Positions 58,301 through 64,000 of a stretch of DNA of 64,000 nt are shown piece after piece. Location: NCBI GenBank assembly GCA_964016885.1, contig OZ024740.1, forward strand, positions 97,340,001 through 97,404,000, written 5' to 3'. Below the pieces are notes generated by a model, which did not search any database, was not told where the DNA came from, and was given only the letters and a program-made list of their open reading frames with translations. Position numbers and translations under genes: made by a program. The stretch comes from Eledone cirrhosa. Lineage: Eukaryota. Position 1 is the first letter of the stretch. Every line of letters starts with the position of its first letter.

Positions 58301-58455
58301 TCAAAGCATTATACCAGATTATGTTTTTGTATCTAGGTCTTTTATTAAAGTTATTGGAATGATCATGATTAATTATTCTACTGTATACTCCAGTCCTACA
58401 AACTGTAGAGTGCTTCTTATACGATATCTGCATTGCTTTATTGTACTACAATAAA
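55377..58455 (-). mobile_element. 5'-truncated degenerate Naiad (RT-EN ~56392-58300; HHR 55410-55477)
   Basis: LKDHK, IAPSKSDLG, MGTSDS, YRDN (catalytic D lost), CNCP..CP...C; HHR family as at 141-208. Confidence 0.9.
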
Positions 58456-58532
58456 ATTCACCTCCTACATATATATTATATATATATATATTATATATAT
58501 TATATATATATTATATATATATATATATATTA

Positions 58533-58603
<71 letters not shown>

Positions 58604-58613
58604 ATATATTATG

Positions 58614-58664
<51 letters not shown>

Positions 58665-58788
58665 ATATTATATATATATATTATATATATATTATATATA
58701 TATATATATTATATATATTATATATACATATATATTATATATATATATATATATTATATATATATATATTATGTATATATATATTATG

Positions 58789-58851
<63 letters not shown>

Positions 58852-58899
58852 ATATATATTATATATATATATATATTATATATATATATATATTATATA

Positions 58900-58935
<36 letters not shown>

Positions 58936-58937
<2 letters not shown>

Positions 58938-59290
58938 AAAAGAGATGAATTCGAAAATGCAACTGGAGCCTTATTTTTTTTTTAAATATATATATTTATT
59001 TGGTCCCTTTACCGGTTTCGCAGTTCTTTTGCTTTTCAAAATATGAGTTGAGATGGTGTGTCTGTGGTTTTTCTCACATCAGATGTGAGAAAAACCACAG
59101 ACCCTCCATCTCAACTCACCTTTTGAAAAGCAGAAGAACAGCGAAACCGTAAAGGGACCAAATAAATATATATGTTTTTTAAAAATTAAGACTGCAGTTG
59201 CATTTTCGATTTCATCTCTTTTTCTTTATACATTCACTCGTGTAGGACACCTCGGTTATTTTTCATTTTGTAAAAAAAACCTCACTTTCT
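58936..59290. mobile_element. Palindromic solo pLTR (centre 59081) with U3-A8 HHRs at 59005-59042 (-) and 59119-59155 (+)
   Basis: Imperfect ~145-bp arms; cctt-TTGAAAA-gc..gc-GAAA-ccg(g)-TA-aagg; similar to the family B pLTR. Confidence 0.75.
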
Positions 59291-59291
59291 A

Positions 59292-59348
<57 letters not shown>

Positions 59349-59576
59349 ATATTATATATATATATTATATATATAAATATTATATATATATATTATGTAT
59401 ATATATATTATATATATAAATATTATATATATATATTATATACATATATATAAATAATATATATATATATTATATATATATATATATATAAATTATATAT
59501 ATATATATTATATATATATATATTATATATATATATTTATATATATTATATATATATATATATATTATATATATAC

Positions 59577-59668
<92 letters not shown>

Positions 59669-59689
59669 ATATATATTATATATAATATA

Positions 59690-61340
59690 TAAGATCAAAA
59701 GATAGTTAAAGGAGTTCCATGTATTTTATTATGCGCATTTCAAAAACAAACATCATCAAGCAATAATATTTGTGTTTTCATCAGATAAAACAGGAGGACA
59801 TGATATGAAGGCTAAAAAACACTTGTGGATAGTGCAGTTTTAAATCAACATATGAAAAGTAATTTTAGATTGATGTGTGATATTGGGAAAATATTTTGTT
59901 TAGAGAGGGGGGTGGAAAGGATGAAAAAAAGGGGAGGAGATGAGAGTGAAGGTGGAGAGGGAGAGATGGCTGATAGGGAGAAAGAGATAGTTTTTATAAC
60001 TGAGAAAAGATATATTGTTTTACATAGAGAGTTTGAAAACCGTTGGAAGATAATGTATAAATTAAAAGAATTTGAAAATTAACGAAGGGAAAAATATGTA
60101 TGAAGAAGGAGAGGGACTTAACATGTATTGAGATTAAAAAGTTTGATGATAGAGAGAAAAGAATAATGTATTGTGGATGAATATTCTAACGTCAAAAAAA
60201 AATGTGTGTATGTTTACAAGTATTATGGAAATTTGAAAATTAACGAAGAGAAAAAATTATTAAGGTTTGTGTATTGAAGGATTTGAGAAAAATAATGTGA
60301 AGTTAAGGTTTGTATATTGAAGGAATTGATAATATGTGCGAAGATAGAGTGAGGGTAATGAGTAAACAAGTATTATAGAGTGTATAATACCCTTTGAAGT
60401 AAGGTAGGAAGATGGGTATATTTTAAAAGAGGTGTTTGTATATGTGCCTTTGAGAAAAGATTCTAAATTGATAAAGAATTGAATATTAGCTGTATACTTT
60501 GTGAAAAGTCTTATGGAATTTATGCAAGCAGATAGAAAACAAATCTGTACGTCTATTTATTATAGAATGTAGATTATAGATAATGGTAAATTTTTCATTT
60601 AGGCAGAGATTACAGATTTTAGATAGAGAGCTGTTCAAGTATGAGGATGCAGAAGAAACCTTCTTCCAAAAGATGGTATATTTAATGTTTTTGTCTTTCA
60701 AGGACCATATGAGTTCTGAGAGAGCCGTGTTGGTTCTTTTATGTTTGTATTTAAAAGATGAATGATGATTATAGAGACGAGCTTTAAAAGAGGTGGAAGT
60801 GGAGCCAAAATAGGTGAAGGAATTGGTGCTAATTATAACTTTACATTCATAAATTAAGTTTTTATCAAGACGATGGTTGTTGAGAGGACATTTATTTTTA
60901 ATGCGGCAGTTGCAATTAGAGAGATTATTAATGAGTGACCTAGTGTTATCTATAGAAGGAATTGGATTGGAGAAGTTGTTTGCGATAGGAATAATAGTTT
61001 CTTGATTTAGAGTTGGATTATGAACATTTAGCGAAGTAGTGTTTGACGTTGTATTTGGGTTTACAGAAATTAGCCTAGGGTTTACAATGACGTCGGGAGT
61101 ACTATTACTGTTATTATGAAATTCAGTGTTGGAAGGAAGAGATTTAGTATTTAGTATTTTATTGTTGTGTTTAGAGATAATGTTGGAAATATTGGACGAT
61201 GTAGAATAAGAAAATTTTATGGTGTGTTTGTTAAATATTTTACTATAGATATGTGAGGGAGGGAAGCATTTATTTAAGGCACTGAAGAATAATTTAGGAA
61301 TATTGTTATTAATAGAGATGGAGAAAGGAGCATTATACCA
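59690..61340 (-). mobile_element. 5'-truncated Naiad, same family as 55377-58455 (EN 60486-61340; HHR 59723-59790)
   Basis: Colinear similarity to 55377-57252; CNLCLNEK, CLH. Confidence 0.9.
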
Positions 61341-61571
61341 TATATATATATTATATATATATATATATTAAATGTATATATATATATATATTATATCTAT
61401 ATATATATTATATATATATATATATTATATCTATATATATATATATTATATATATATATATATTATATATATATATTTATTATAAATATATATATAAATA
61501 TATATATTATATATATATATTATATATATATATTATATATATATATAATATATATATATATATTATATATA

Positions 61572-63680
<2,109 letters not shown>

Positions 63681-63733
63681 GTAAGTATGTATGTATACGT
63701 ACATACATATATGTATACAGACGTACAGTAGCA

Positions 63734-63785
<52 letters not shown>

Positions 63786-64000
63786 TATACATACATACAT
63801 GCAGGTACACATACATATATGCACGCTTCAGTTTAGCAGACGCTTATTATAGCGCTTGCTTTGTTCGTTTGTCAACAAACTGAACAGCCTGAATTTATGC
63901 CATACGGTGTTAAGGCAACCACGTCACCTTTTTGTTCAACACTGACACAGGAACGATGTACTAGTTTCAAGCTTGTTAGCTATCATCAGCACCGTTTACC

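Overview
This is an AT-rich animal genomic window with no recognisable host gene. It is a (TA)n microsatellite field filled with Penelope-like retroelements (PLEs), their pseudo-LTRs (pLTRs) and two tRNA-derived SINEs. The SINE core resembles those I know from Octopus, so a cephalopod source is an inference. It contains at least six Naiad-type PLEs (one almost intact, 17061-19260), one Nematis-like fragment and two divergent Neptune-like families (A and B). The standout is that both Neptune-like families carry an extra upstream ORF1 (a conserved Trp-rich helical domain plus a basic disordered tail) ending in an in-phase U-UUU-UUA slippery heptamer just before the ATG-less RT/GIY-YIG frame. This is a gag-pol-like -1 frameshift layout in an endonuclease-bearing PLE. 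Family A is amplified as a ~4.19 kb tandem array. About 30 type I hammerhead ribozyme (HHR) motifs are visible, many with non-canonical cores (U3-A8 swaps, U4/A6/A13 variants), along with a 316-bp HHR tandem repeat resembling a non-LTR retrozyme. All structures were read by eye; none were folded or searched computationally.
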